A DNA stretch of 64,000 nt from Candidatus Omnitrophota bacterium (GCA_030695725.1 JAUYPN010000014.1:2084-66083); one strand, 5' to 3'. Shown: positions 16,445-25,115, numbered from the stretch's first letter. Notes: generated from the sequence alone by a model not told the origin. A program made the numbers and translations.

Positions 16445-17713
16445 ATGAATGTGAGTAAGCTGCTGACAGCGGATCGTAAGGGGAAGATATTCGAGCTGCC
16501 CCGGCTTGAGGCGGTTGGGATGAAGGCGGGGAAGTTCTTCGTCCTGAAGATGCCCGACCTGATAAGGCTGCCCTTGGTGAGCGAGATCTTTCATCTGCCC
16601 GGCAGGGCGGCCATAGCGTATGATCCGGTTGACCGGTCTTTTGTAGAAGACAAAGATCATTTGGCAGTCGCAGCTTTTTTACCGCCGGGATATACGGTTA
16701 CGTATAACAGCGCCTACAGTGAGATCGGCAGGCCCAAACCTCTGCCGCTCTTTGCTTATGCGGCGTGCGCTATCCATGACGGAAATATATATGCCGCGGC
16801 GATCCGCGTGGACAGGTCGCTCTGCCATGATCCGCGTTTTATGGATATGAAACCTGTGAAACACGGCGCCGCAAAGCTAAAAAAGATCTTCCCGAAGAAT
16901 AGATTAGTCAAGCATCTTGAAAGATGCGCTCTATGTTACGGTTGTCCCAATGCCAAGAATCTCTTCCTGAACAGATACGAGGCGCCGCTTCCGGTGTCTC
17001 CCGCGTGCAATGCCCAATGCGCCGGATGTATTTCGTATCAACCCAAAAAAAGATGTCCGGTCACTCAGCCGAGGATAAAGTTTATCCCCACGCCCGGAGA
17101 AATAGCCCAGATAGCGCTGTACCATATCTATAACGTCAAGCGGCCAATAGTAAGTTTTGGTCAGGGTTGTGAGGGCGAGCCGCTGATCTCAGCCGACGTC
17201 ATAGAAAAGGCCATACGATCTATCAGAAAATGCTCTTCGAAGGGCGTTATAAATATGAATACCAACGCAAGCCGGCCCAACGCTATTGCGAAGCTCTTCG
17301 ACTCGGGCCTCGACTCTATCCGTGTAAGTTTGAACAGCGCGCGCGAAGAGTACTATACTGAATATTATAAACCGAAAGATTATTCGTTCAGCGATGTCGC
17401 AAGATCCATTAAAGAGGCCAAAAAAAGGAGCGGATTCGTCTCTCTGAACTATCTTACCATGCCGGGGTTCACCGATTCTAAAGATGAGGTCGGCGCCTTA
17501 AAGAAGTTCGTAGAGAAGAACCTCGTAGATATGATACAATGGCGTAATTTAAATTACGATCCTTTGAGGTATTTTGAGGGGCTGAAGATATCGGTAAAGA
17601 GAGAAGAGATGTTCGGCGTGAAAGAGACGATCGATATGTTAAAAAAAGATTTTCCCGCGGTCAAGATAGGATACTTTAATTCGTATGAAGGTGTTAATAG
17701 TAGACGGATATAA
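16445..17713 (+). CDS. Radical SAM protein with a ~180-aa N-terminal extension
   Basis: CNAQCAGC (Cx3Cx2C) and GQGCEGEPL. ATG 16445 is preferred over GTG 16421 because GAAAGG sits at a proper spacing. Confidence 0.75.
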   Translation: MNVSKLLTADRKGKIFELPRLEAVGMKAGKFFVLKMPDLIRLPLVSEIFHLPGRAAIAYDPVDRSFVEDKDHLAVAAFLPPGYTVTYNSAYSEIGRPKPLPLFAYAACAIHDGNIYAAAIRVDRSLCHDPRFMDMKPVKHGAAKLKKIFPKNRLVKHLERCALCYGCPNAKNLFLNRYEAPLPVSPACNAQCAGCISYQPKKRCPVTQPRIKFIPTPGEIAQIALYHIYNVKRPIVSFGQGCEGEPLISADVIEKAIRSIRKCSSKGVINMNTNASRPNAIAKLFDSGLDSIRVSLNSAREEYYTEYYKPKDYSFSDVARSIKEAKKRSGFVSLNYLTMPGFTDSKDEVGALKKFVEKNLVDMIQWRNLNYDPLRYFEGLKISVKREEMFGVKETIDMLKKDFPAVKIGYFNSYEGVNSRRI

Positions 17714-18113
17714 CGCAATACATAAGATACCCGATCTCGATGATCTGCTGGATGAAAGCCTCGAGGACGCCCGTAATGCGGTAACGGATATGGCCAGAGA
17801 GTATCAGCGCCGCCAGGGAGGTATAGCCGAAGTCCATGTCGTATTCGACGGCAGGGACGAATACAGCGGCCTCTCATTCAATCCCTCGACTTCGCTCGGG
17901 ATTGACCCTGAGCGGAGTCGAAGGGTCAATAAACCCGGCCAGGTATTTTCAAAGACCGGCGAAGGTGATAGATCTATAATACGTCTGGCACAGGAAAAGT
18001 CGGGTAAATTCCATGTCATAGTCGTTTCGGACGATAATCGTGTCGGAAACTCCTGCCGCGCCGCGGGCGCCACGGTCATACCTGTTAAAAAATTCTATGA
18101 ATTTATTAAATAA
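17685..18113 (+). CDS. YacP/Rae1-like NYN-domain ribonuclease carrying an in-frame repeat insertion
   Basis: MKVLIVDGYNAIH ... VVFDG ... VVSDD. Residues NPSTSLGIDPERSRRV are encoded by a palindromic repeat. Confidence 0.7.
   Translation: MKVLIVDGYNAIHKIPDLDDLLDESLEDARNAVTDMAREYQRRQGGIAEVHVVFDGRDEYSGLSFNPSTSLGIDPERSRRVNKPGQVFSKTGEGDRSIIRLAQEKSGKFHVIVVSDDNRVGNSCRAAGATVIPVKKFYEFIK
17883..17925. repeat. Family A palindromic repeat inside the NYN CDS
   Basis: CCCTCGACTTCGCTCGGG attga CCCTGAGCGGAGTCGAAGGG. The arms are near reverse complements. Confidence 0.8.
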
Positions 18114-19308
18114 TCTCAAGCACATGTTCCGCGCGCTTAAGCATAAAAATTACCGGCTATTTTTTACGGGCCAGACAATATCCCTCACCGGCACATGGAT
18201 GCAGCAGATGGCCATAGGCTGGCTTATCTACAGGCTCACGAACTCTCCTTTCATGCTGGGCTTTGTAGGATTTCTGGGAAATATCCCGACGTTCATCTTC
18301 ACTCCTTTCGCCGGCGTTCTGGCCGACAGAGTGAGCAGGCAGCGTATGCTGATAGTAACTCAAACTTTGGAGATGGTGCAGGCCCTGATCCTAGCGGCTC
18401 TGATAATGACGGGAAAGATAGAGGTGTGGCATATATTGGCGCTTACTATTTTTTTAGGCATAGTGGTGGCCTTCGATTCTCCGGCGAGGCATGCTTTCAT
18501 CGTTGAGATGGTGGCTGAAAAAAAAGACCTGCCCAACGCTATAGCGCTGAATTCATTAGTATTCAACTCCGCCAGGCTTATCGGCCCCTCCATCGCCGGT
18601 ATACTCGTAGCGCTCTTCGGAGAAGGAATATGCTTTCTTGCAAACGGCCTCAGCTATATAGCCGTTATAGCGGCGCTCTTCGGTATGCATATTACGCGCC
18701 AGGCAGCGGCCCGGCACGATAAACATATAATGCATGACCTGAAAGAAGGTTTCAGTTATGCCTTTAACGACCGATTGATCAGGTCGGTATTACTGCTGAC
18801 AGGTCTTGTCAGCATGATGGGCATGTCTTATGTGGTCCTTATGCCTGTATTCGCGAAGGATATACTTAAGGGGAACGCCGGCACTCTCGGACTTCTCATG
18901 GGTTCGACCGGCCTTGGCGCTTTAGTCGGGGCTTTTTTCCTTGCGGCCCGGAAAGGAGCCAAAGGGCTTGATAAGGTGGTGGTCTTGACTACGAATATGT
19001 TCGGCGTGGGTCTAATAGCCTTCTCGTTCTCGAAGGTGCTGTGGTTATCCATGGCGACGCTCTTATTTATAGGTTTCGGCATGATGGTCCAGATGGCTTC
19101 CAATAATATCATTTTGCAGACGGTGGTCCACGACGATAAGCGAGGCCGCGTCATGAGCCTGTTCATGGTCGCTTTCCTGGGGATGGTGCCTTTCGGGTGC
19201 CTGATAGCCGGGGCTCTGGCCGGCAGATTCGGCGCGCCGAACGCGATCGTGGTGAGCGGTTTTTTCTGCGTGGCCGGCTCATTCCTTTTGCGTGATAATA
19301 ATAATTGA
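18097..19308 (+). CDS. MFS transporter
   Basis: About 12 hydrophobic segments, N-terminus YRLFFTGQTISLTGTWMQ, LADRVSRQRML loop motif. ATG 18097 is chosen because the track start lies in NYN coding sequence. Confidence 0.85.
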   Translation: MNLLNNLKHMFRALKHKNYRLFFTGQTISLTGTWMQQMAIGWLIYRLTNSPFMLGFVGFLGNIPTFIFTPFAGVLADRVSRQRMLIVTQTLEMVQALILAALIMTGKIEVWHILALTIFLGIVVAFDSPARHAFIVEMVAEKKDLPNAIALNSLVFNSARLIGPSIAGILVALFGEGICFLANGLSYIAVIAALFGMHITRQAAARHDKHIMHDLKEGFSYAFNDRLIRSVLLLTGLVSMMGMSYVVLMPVFAKDILKGNAGTLGLLMGSTGLGALVGAFFLAARKGAKGLDKVVVLTTNMFGVGLIAFSFSKVLWLSMATLLFIGFGMMVQMASNNIILQTVVHDDKRGRVMSLFMVAFLGMVPFGCLIAGALAGRFGAPNAIVVSGFFCVAGSFLLRDNNN

Positions 19309-19362
19309 CTAATTTTTTTCAAGTGATATACTGTTAGGAAATATAAAAAGGAGGAATAGGTA

Positions 19363-19929
19363 ATGAGGAAAGATATAGTATTGATCGCGCTTATAGGGGT
19401 GCTCTTCGTATTGGTCGCGGGAAGCATAGTCGCGAGCTTCTCCTTTTATAAGGAGTATAAGGATAAGATGGACTATCTGGAACAGCAGAATATGTCCGGA
19501 AAGAGCAAGGTGGAGGGTCTCGAAGCCAAGCTCGATAATTTTAAATCCACCGTGGATGATATAGGCTCCCAGATAAAAAGTTACAACGACAATATTAAAG
19601 CCATACAGAACACAGTAAATTTAAGCGAAGAGGAGAGAAAGAGCCTCATGTCGAAACTCGAGGAGATGAAGAAAGACCTTCAGGGCTGGCAGAAAGATTA
19701 TTCATCCACAGTTATCGATATCAGGCAGAGCATGATGGTATTGAAAGATAACCTCGATGCGATGGGCAGCAAAGCAAAGGAAGTTGAGCTGGGCAAGATC
19801 ACGGTGAAGCAAAGCGAAAAGAAAATCGAGGCTCCGGCGGCGGCTATAGCTCCGGTAGTCCCCGAGAAGAAGAACATACTCGGATTTAATTTCAAATCCG
19901 GTAACGTAAGAAAAGTAGGCACTCAATAA
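19363..19929 (+). CDS. Membrane-anchored coiled-coil protein, unknown function
   Basis: N-terminal TM segment IVLIALIGVLFVLVAGSIVASF followed by heptad-rich sequence. AAGGAGG RBS. Confidence 0.6.
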   Translation: MRKDIVLIALIGVLFVLVAGSIVASFSFYKEYKDKMDYLEQQNMSGKSKVEGLEAKLDNFKSTVDDIGSQIKSYNDNIKAIQNTVNLSEEERKSLMSKLEEMKKDLQGWQKDYSSTVIDIRQSMMVLKDNLDAMGSKAKEVELGKITVKQSEKKIEAPAAAIAPVVPEKKNILGFNFKSGNVRKVGTQ

Positions 19930-19930
19930 T

Positions 19931-21049
19931 ATTTCACTATATATACATATACCTTTCTGCAGAAGCAAATGCCGCTACTGCGGCTTCTATAGCGCCCCTT
20001 ACGAAGGGGTGCTCTCTTTTGCCTATTGTGATGCGTTGGCGCTCCAGATCGATTCTCTGGAAGGGGAATTCCGCACCATATATATAGGAGGCGGCACTCC
20101 CACCGTTCTGGATCTCGGGCAGTTAAGGAAGATACTCTTCTCCTTAAGAAAGTTTTCCGGAATCTCCTTCGAGTTTACGATAGAGGCGAACCCCGAGAGC
20201 CTTACCGCGGAAAAACTATCTCTGTTTCTGGATGAAGGCGTAAACAGAATAAGCATAGGGGTCCAGTCTTTTGATAACTCCAAATTAAAGAAGTTGGGCA
20301 GGCTTCATGACGATTCCGGCGCTGTGGAGGCCGTTGCGAAGGCAGAAAAAAGCGGTTTCAGAAATATCGGCATCGATCTTATCTTCGGGGTATGGGATGA
20401 ATCTATTCCGTCATGGAAGAAAGATCTGAAGATAGCGGCGGGCTTACCCGTAACGCACATATCCTGCTACGGCCTCACCTACGAACCGCACACCTCCATT
20501 AAAGAATGCTTAAAAGACGGGTCCATTACGCCGCTTCCGGAAGAGAGGTCTGCCGATATGTATGATCTGGCCATCTCCTATCTGGCGGATAAGGGTTTCG
20601 CGCAGTATGAGATATCCAATTTCTCCAAACCCGGATTTCAATGCAGGCATAATCACACCTATTGGAATAACGATCCCTATACGGGCCTGGGCCCGTCGGC
20701 GGTTTCGTATTCCGGAAGCGTGAGGATAGAGAATATTCGGGACGTTCCGGAGTATGTTGAAAAAGTCAGGTCAGGCGAAAGCTTATTCGGATCGAGTGAA
20801 AAGTTATCGCCCGAAGAGAGGGCTAAAGAGACGGCCGCGGTCAAGATACGGACCATGGAGGGAATAGATTTCGATTGGTTCAGGAAGAAGACTCTTTTTG
20901 AGCTGCCGGATCTGGAGAGAGAAGCGCTCCCTAAGCTTATCGCGGACGGTTTGATCGAACAGAGTTCTCCCTGCTCCGCGGCCGAAGGAGTGCGCCTTAC
21001 CCGCAAAGGCGTCCTCTTTTGTGATACGGTCTCGGGCGCATTTCTATAA
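19931..21049 (+). CDS. hemW: HemW-like radical SAM heme chaperone / coproporphyrinogen oxidase-like protein; start codon unresolved (possibly ATT)
   Basis: In-frame LYIHIPFCRSKCRYCGFY (Cx3Cx2C at nt 19958-19981) lies upstream of the first GTG/ATG (20009). IYIGGGTPT and ISIGVQSF lie downstream. The frame opens at 19919 after a TAG. Confidence 0.7.
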   Translation: MSLYIHIPFCRSKCRYCGFYSAPYEGVLSFAYCDALALQIDSLEGEFRTIYIGGGTPTVLDLGQLRKILFSLRKFSGISFEFTIEANPESLTAEKLSLFLDEGVNRISIGVQSFDNSKLKKLGRLHDDSGAVEAVAKAEKSGFRNIGIDLIFGVWDESIPSWKKDLKIAAGLPVTHISCYGLTYEPHTSIKECLKDGSITPLPEERSADMYDLAISYLADKGFAQYEISNFSKPGFQCRHNHTYWNNDPYTGLGPSAVSYSGSVRIENIRDVPEYVEKVRSGESLFGSSEKLSPEERAKETAAVKIRTMEGIDFDWFRKKTLFELPDLEREALPKLIADGLIEQSSPCSAAEGVRLTRKGVLFCDTVSGAFL

Positions 21050-21076
21050 ACCAATACAATATGGTATAATAAATCT

Positions 21077-22819
21077 ATGGCAAAAACGCTCAGAAGAAGA
21101 GCCGGAATACTTGCGCCCCTGTTTTCAATATACTCTAAGAATAGCCTCAAGGTAGGAGACTTCGAAGACCTGAAGCTATTGGTCGACTGGTGCTCGAAGT
21201 GCGGTTATTCCATAATCCAGCTCCTGCCGATGAACGAGATCGGCCCCACGTTCTGTCCGTACGATTCCATCAGCTCCTTTGCTCTCGAACCGGTGTACGC
21301 GCGCCTAAAACTTTCCTCGCCAGGTTTGCTTAACCCGTCGCAAGGATCACCTTTGCATGTCGATTATAATATTAAAGATGAAAAGATGCGGTTACTAAAA
21401 AGCTTGTACAGTAAAGAAAAGTCTCTTGCCTCAAATAAAGAGTTTGCCCTATTCGTAGAAGAGAACCATTATTGGATAGACGACTATAGCCTGTTCAAGG
21501 CTCTTAAAGGTTATCATAATCACGCTCCCTGGTATGAATGGGGTGACGGATACAGGAACCGCGACAGCTGCCTGCTGGAGCAGTTTGAAAAAGAGCATGA
21601 AGATGAAATCTCCTTTTATAAATGGATCCAGTGGATATTGTTCAAGCAATTCGAAGATGCGAAGAATTACGCCGGATCGAAAAAAATTTTGATCAAAGGC
21701 GACCTGCCCATACTCGTCTCCCGCGACAGCGCGGATGTATGGGCGCACCCGGAATTTTTCAAGCTGGAGTTTGCCGCGGGGGCACCCCCTGATATGTACT
21801 GTGCCAAGGGCCAGCGCTGGGGCATGCCGACTTACAACTGGGACCGTATAGGAGCGGATAATTTCACATACATCAAGGAGAAGCTGAAGTTCGCGGAAAA
21901 TTTTTATGATATGTTGAGGATAGACCATGTGGTGGGGCTCTTTAGGATATGGAGCATACCGTATGGTGAGCCCGCCCGGAACCAGGGCCTGAACGGTTTC
22001 TTCGATCCCGGCGATGAAAATGTGTGGGGCTCCCGCGGCAGGGACCTGTTATCGGCCCTGCAAGATAGCACGTCATTATCCTTATGCGCCGAGGATCTGG
22101 GTGTGATACCCAAAGTATGCCGTGACGCTCTCGCGGATATGAGTATTCCCGGTAATGACGTTCAGAGATGGACGAAAGACTGGCGGGTCAAACATGATTT
22201 TCTTGATCCGGACGAATACAGGAAGCTGTCGGTAGCGATGCTCTCCACCCACGATACCACCGATTGGTCCGCATGGTGGGAGAACGAGGCCGGTACCGTT
22301 GATGAAGAGCTCTTCGTAAGAAAGTGTAATGACCGCGGGATCGATCACGATCACGCTAAGGAAAGGCTCTTTTGTCCCGACCGCTCGAAACACGGAAGGC
22401 TGCGCTGGAGAGAAGAGGTCGATTCCATAGAAAAATATATAGGAATTCTCGGTAAGAAGCCGGATGAGCTAAAAGATTTTACCGAACTCTATGAAAATTC
22501 TTATCTCGAGAAAGAGAAGCTCTGGAAACGCTTGAAGCTGAAGGGCCCGATGAGGGAGAAGTCCGACGCTGAAATAGTCCGGGCCGCGCTCGATATAACG
22601 GCTTCGTCCGATTCCATATTTTGTATAGAGCTGATATTCGATCTTCTGGATCTCGCGGGCCTCTGTAAGGGCGATCCTTATAAATACAGGGTAAATTTTC
22701 CCGGCACGGTGAGCGCGAATAATTGGTCCATAAAGATCCCGCTTCCTCTTGAGAAATTGCTGGCGCATAAAGTCACGAAAGAGCTGAAAGAGATAGTAAC
22801 GGCTTCCGGAAGAGCGTGA
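21077..22819 (+). CDS. malQ: 4-alpha-glucanotransferase (amylomaltase, GH77)
   Basis: GILAPLFSI, IQLLPMNE, LRIDHVVGLFRIWSIP, CAEDLG, STHDT. Confidence 0.9.
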   Translation: MAKTLRRRAGILAPLFSIYSKNSLKVGDFEDLKLLVDWCSKCGYSIIQLLPMNEIGPTFCPYDSISSFALEPVYARLKLSSPGLLNPSQGSPLHVDYNIKDEKMRLLKSLYSKEKSLASNKEFALFVEENHYWIDDYSLFKALKGYHNHAPWYEWGDGYRNRDSCLLEQFEKEHEDEISFYKWIQWILFKQFEDAKNYAGSKKILIKGDLPILVSRDSADVWAHPEFFKLEFAAGAPPDMYCAKGQRWGMPTYNWDRIGADNFTYIKEKLKFAENFYDMLRIDHVVGLFRIWSIPYGEPARNQGLNGFFDPGDENVWGSRGRDLLSALQDSTSLSLCAEDLGVIPKVCRDALADMSIPGNDVQRWTKDWRVKHDFLDPDEYRKLSVAMLSTHDTTDWSAWWENEAGTVDEELFVRKCNDRGIDHDHAKERLFCPDRSKHGRLRWREEVDSIEKYIGILGKKPDELKDFTELYENSYLEKEKLWKRLKLKGPMREKSDAEIVRAALDITASSDSIFCIELIFDLLDLAGLCKGDPYKYRVNFPGTVSANNWSIKIPLPLEKLLAHKVTKELKEIVTASGRA

Positions 22820-22838
22820 GGCGTTTAAAGATAAAGAT

Positions 22839-22867
22839 TTGTATAAAAAATGATCGTGTGGTAATAT
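22839..22867 (+). promoter_or_regulatory. Candidate sigma70-type promoter (TTGTAT-17-TAATAT with TG extension) ending 9 nt before the ATG
   Basis: TTGTAT at 22839-22844 and tgg-TAATAT at 22862-22867. No Shine-Dalgarno before ATG 22877. Confidence 0.4.
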
Positions 22868-22876
22868 TTACTGTAT

Positions 22877-24982
22877 ATGAGCGATAATACCGTAAAAGTT
22901 CTGCTTATAGAGGATGACTCACTCGACGCCGACCTTATCCATGGTATGCTGAAGGATGCCGGGAAGGCCAGTTTTATCGTGGAGGTCCGCGATACCCTTG
23001 TAAAAGGACTGGAACGGCTGGCAAAAGGCGGTATAGACATAGTCCTTCTCGATCTCACTCTCCCCGACAGCATCGGCCTCGACACGTTCGGCAGGGTCCA
23101 TGCGCACGCTCCGCTGGTGCCGATAGTTGTGATCACAAGTTCCGCGGACGAGAATCAGGCGGCGACGGCTTTCCAGAAAGGCGCCCAGGAGTACCTCGTA
23201 AAAGAGCAGTTGAACGCGGAACTTGTGTCAAGATCGATACGCTATGCTATTGAGCGTAATAAGGTCAGGGTGGAACTGCATAGCGTGCAGGAGAGGTTGG
23301 AGAAGATCAATAGTTGCTTCCTGAAATTCGGCGAAGAACCGTATGAGAACATCCGTCATTTGACATCCGTCTTCGGCGAACTGCTCGGCGCGACGTGCGC
23401 GCTTTATAACTGCCTTGACAGGGACGGAATGCTCTGTTCTATGAGTCAGTGGCAGGCGCCCGCGGACTACAAGCTCAAAAATAGGCCCGAAGGGCGTATA
23501 TGTTATGATGTTATAAAAGAGGGCGACGGCGGGGCTTTTATAGTGCGCAACCTTCAGAACACCAAGTACGCCGAAACCGATCCGAATGTAAAACGTTATA
23601 AACTCGAGACATATATAGGGTATCCCATTAAATTGAATGGCGAGGTCATCGGCTCGCTCTGTGCCGTTTACCAGAAAGACTTTGTGCCGAGCGAGGACGA
23701 TATGAGGCTCGTCAGTGTTATAGCGGCCGGAGTGGAGGTTGAAGAGCGGCGCGCCTGCGCGGAGGATGAACTGCGCAGAGTTAACAGGGACCTTCTGGTC
23801 TCGAATAAGAGGCTGAACCAGCTCTCTTTACGCGATCTGCATACCGGATTATACAATCACAGGTATCTTGCCGAAATAGTCGACGCCGAATTCCACCGCT
23901 CCAGGAAACTCGGCGGCGCTATAGCCGTGATCATGCTTGACGTCGATTACTTCAAGTCGATCAATGATATTTATGGCCATCCGTTCGGAGATATGGTGCT
24001 GAAGCAGCTCGCCCAGCAGCTTAAGATGATGACGCGCCAATATGATGTCGTCATAAGATACGGCGGCGAGGAGTTCATAATAATGTCTCCCGGAACCGAC
24101 CGGGCCCATGCGCTGATGCTGGCGCAGAGAATACTTGAGGCAGTCAACCTGCACAGCTTCGGTAATACAGAGACATCCGTCAAATTAAAGGTAAGCCTCG
24201 CCGCGATCTCCTATCCGGAAGATAAGGTAACGTATGCGATGGATCTCGTAAAATTATCCGAGACTATTCTTGTCAAAGCCAAGGAGGATGGAGGCAGCAG
24301 GGTATATTCGTCGATGGATAAGGGCTCAAGGAGCAAGAGCGCCCAACAGCGCGACAAGAGCCCGAATATCGGCATATTACGGCACAGGCTGGATAAGCTT
24401 CACAAAGAGGCCAATGAAAGCCTCACGGAGTCGGTATTGGCTTTTGCGAAGACGATAGAGGTCAAGGACCATTACACCGGAGAGCATGTTGAGAGGACCG
24501 TTAAATATGCTACCGGTATAGCGAAAGCCCTTGACCTGTCGCCATCCGAAATAGAGATGGTGCGCCAGGCCGCGATGCTTCACGACCTCGGTAAGATAGG
24601 CATAAGCGAATCCATATTGAACAAAAAGGCCAAGCTCACGGATAAAGAGATCGAAGATATAAGGAAGCATCCGAAGATAGCGGCGGATATATTAAGGCCC
24701 ATACATGTGCTTAACGCCATTATACCTTTCATACTGTACCATCATGAAAGGTGGGATGGCAAAGGATACCCGACCAAGCTTAAGGGCGAGGATATACCCC
24801 TCGGCGCCCGGATAGTGGCCATAGCGGATGTCTATCAGGCCCTTGTATCCAAGCGCCCCTACCGCAAAGCCTTTTCAAAATTGAAGGCCCTTAAGATCAT
24901 AAAAGAGGCCTCCGGCACCCAATTCGACCCCCACATAGTAGACATCTTCCTCGATGTAATAAAGAAAGAAAAATCCGAGTAA
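22877..24982 (+). CDS. Response regulator with REC, GAF-like, GGDEF and HD-GYP domains
   Basis: VLLIEDDSLDA...VLLDLTLPD (REC), RYGGEEFIIM (GGDEF), HDLGKIG and HHERWDGKGYP (HD-GYP). Confidence 0.9.
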   Translation: MSDNTVKVLLIEDDSLDADLIHGMLKDAGKASFIVEVRDTLVKGLERLAKGGIDIVLLDLTLPDSIGLDTFGRVHAHAPLVPIVVITSSADENQAATAFQKGAQEYLVKEQLNAELVSRSIRYAIERNKVRVELHSVQERLEKINSCFLKFGEEPYENIRHLTSVFGELLGATCALYNCLDRDGMLCSMSQWQAPADYKLKNRPEGRICYDVIKEGDGGAFIVRNLQNTKYAETDPNVKRYKLETYIGYPIKLNGEVIGSLCAVYQKDFVPSEDDMRLVSVIAAGVEVEERRACAEDELRRVNRDLLVSNKRLNQLSLRDLHTGLYNHRYLAEIVDAEFHRSRKLGGAIAVIMLDVDYFKSINDIYGHPFGDMVLKQLAQQLKMMTRQYDVVIRYGGEEFIIMSPGTDRAHALMLAQRILEAVNLHSFGNTETSVKLKVSLAAISYPEDKVTYAMDLVKLSETILVKAKEDGGSRVYSSMDKGSRSKSAQQRDKSPNIGILRHRLDKLHKEANESLTESVLAFAKTIEVKDHYTGEHVERTVKYATGIAKALDLSPSEIEMVRQAAMLHDLGKIGISESILNKKAKLTDKEIEDIRKHPKIAADILRPIHVLNAIIPFILYHHERWDGKGYPTKLKGEDIPLGARIVAIADVYQALVSKRPYRKAFSKLKALKIIKEASGTQFDPHIVDIFLDVIKKEKSE

Positions 24983-24994
24983 TTATTATCACTC

Positions 24995-25019
24995 GTCATT
25001 GCTCGCAATGACAGTTTTT
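24995..25019 (+). terminator. Hairpin plus T-run built from a family C repeat core
   Basis: GTCATTG ctcg CAATGAC followed by agttttt, 13 nt after the stop. Confidence 0.55.
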
Positions 25020-25040
25020 CAGCAATCCCCATGTCCACCC

Positions 25041-25069
25041 TTGACATCTTCCATTTCTGATGATATATT
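25041..25069 (+). promoter_or_regulatory. Promoter TTGACA-17-TATATT for the marR-efflux operon
   Basis: TTGACA at 25041-25046, 17-nt spacer, TATATT at 25064-25069. Confidence 0.6.
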
Positions 25070-25077
25070 TAATGAGG

Positions 25078-25104
25078 TTAATAGTTAACTACATTAACTA
25101 TTAA
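25078..25104. promoter_or_regulatory. Perfect 11-bp inverted repeat, candidate MarR operator
   Basis: TTAATAGTTAA ctaca TTAACTATTAA between the -10 box and the RBS of the MarR gene. Confidence 0.6.
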
Positions 25105-25115
25105 GGAGATTAAAT

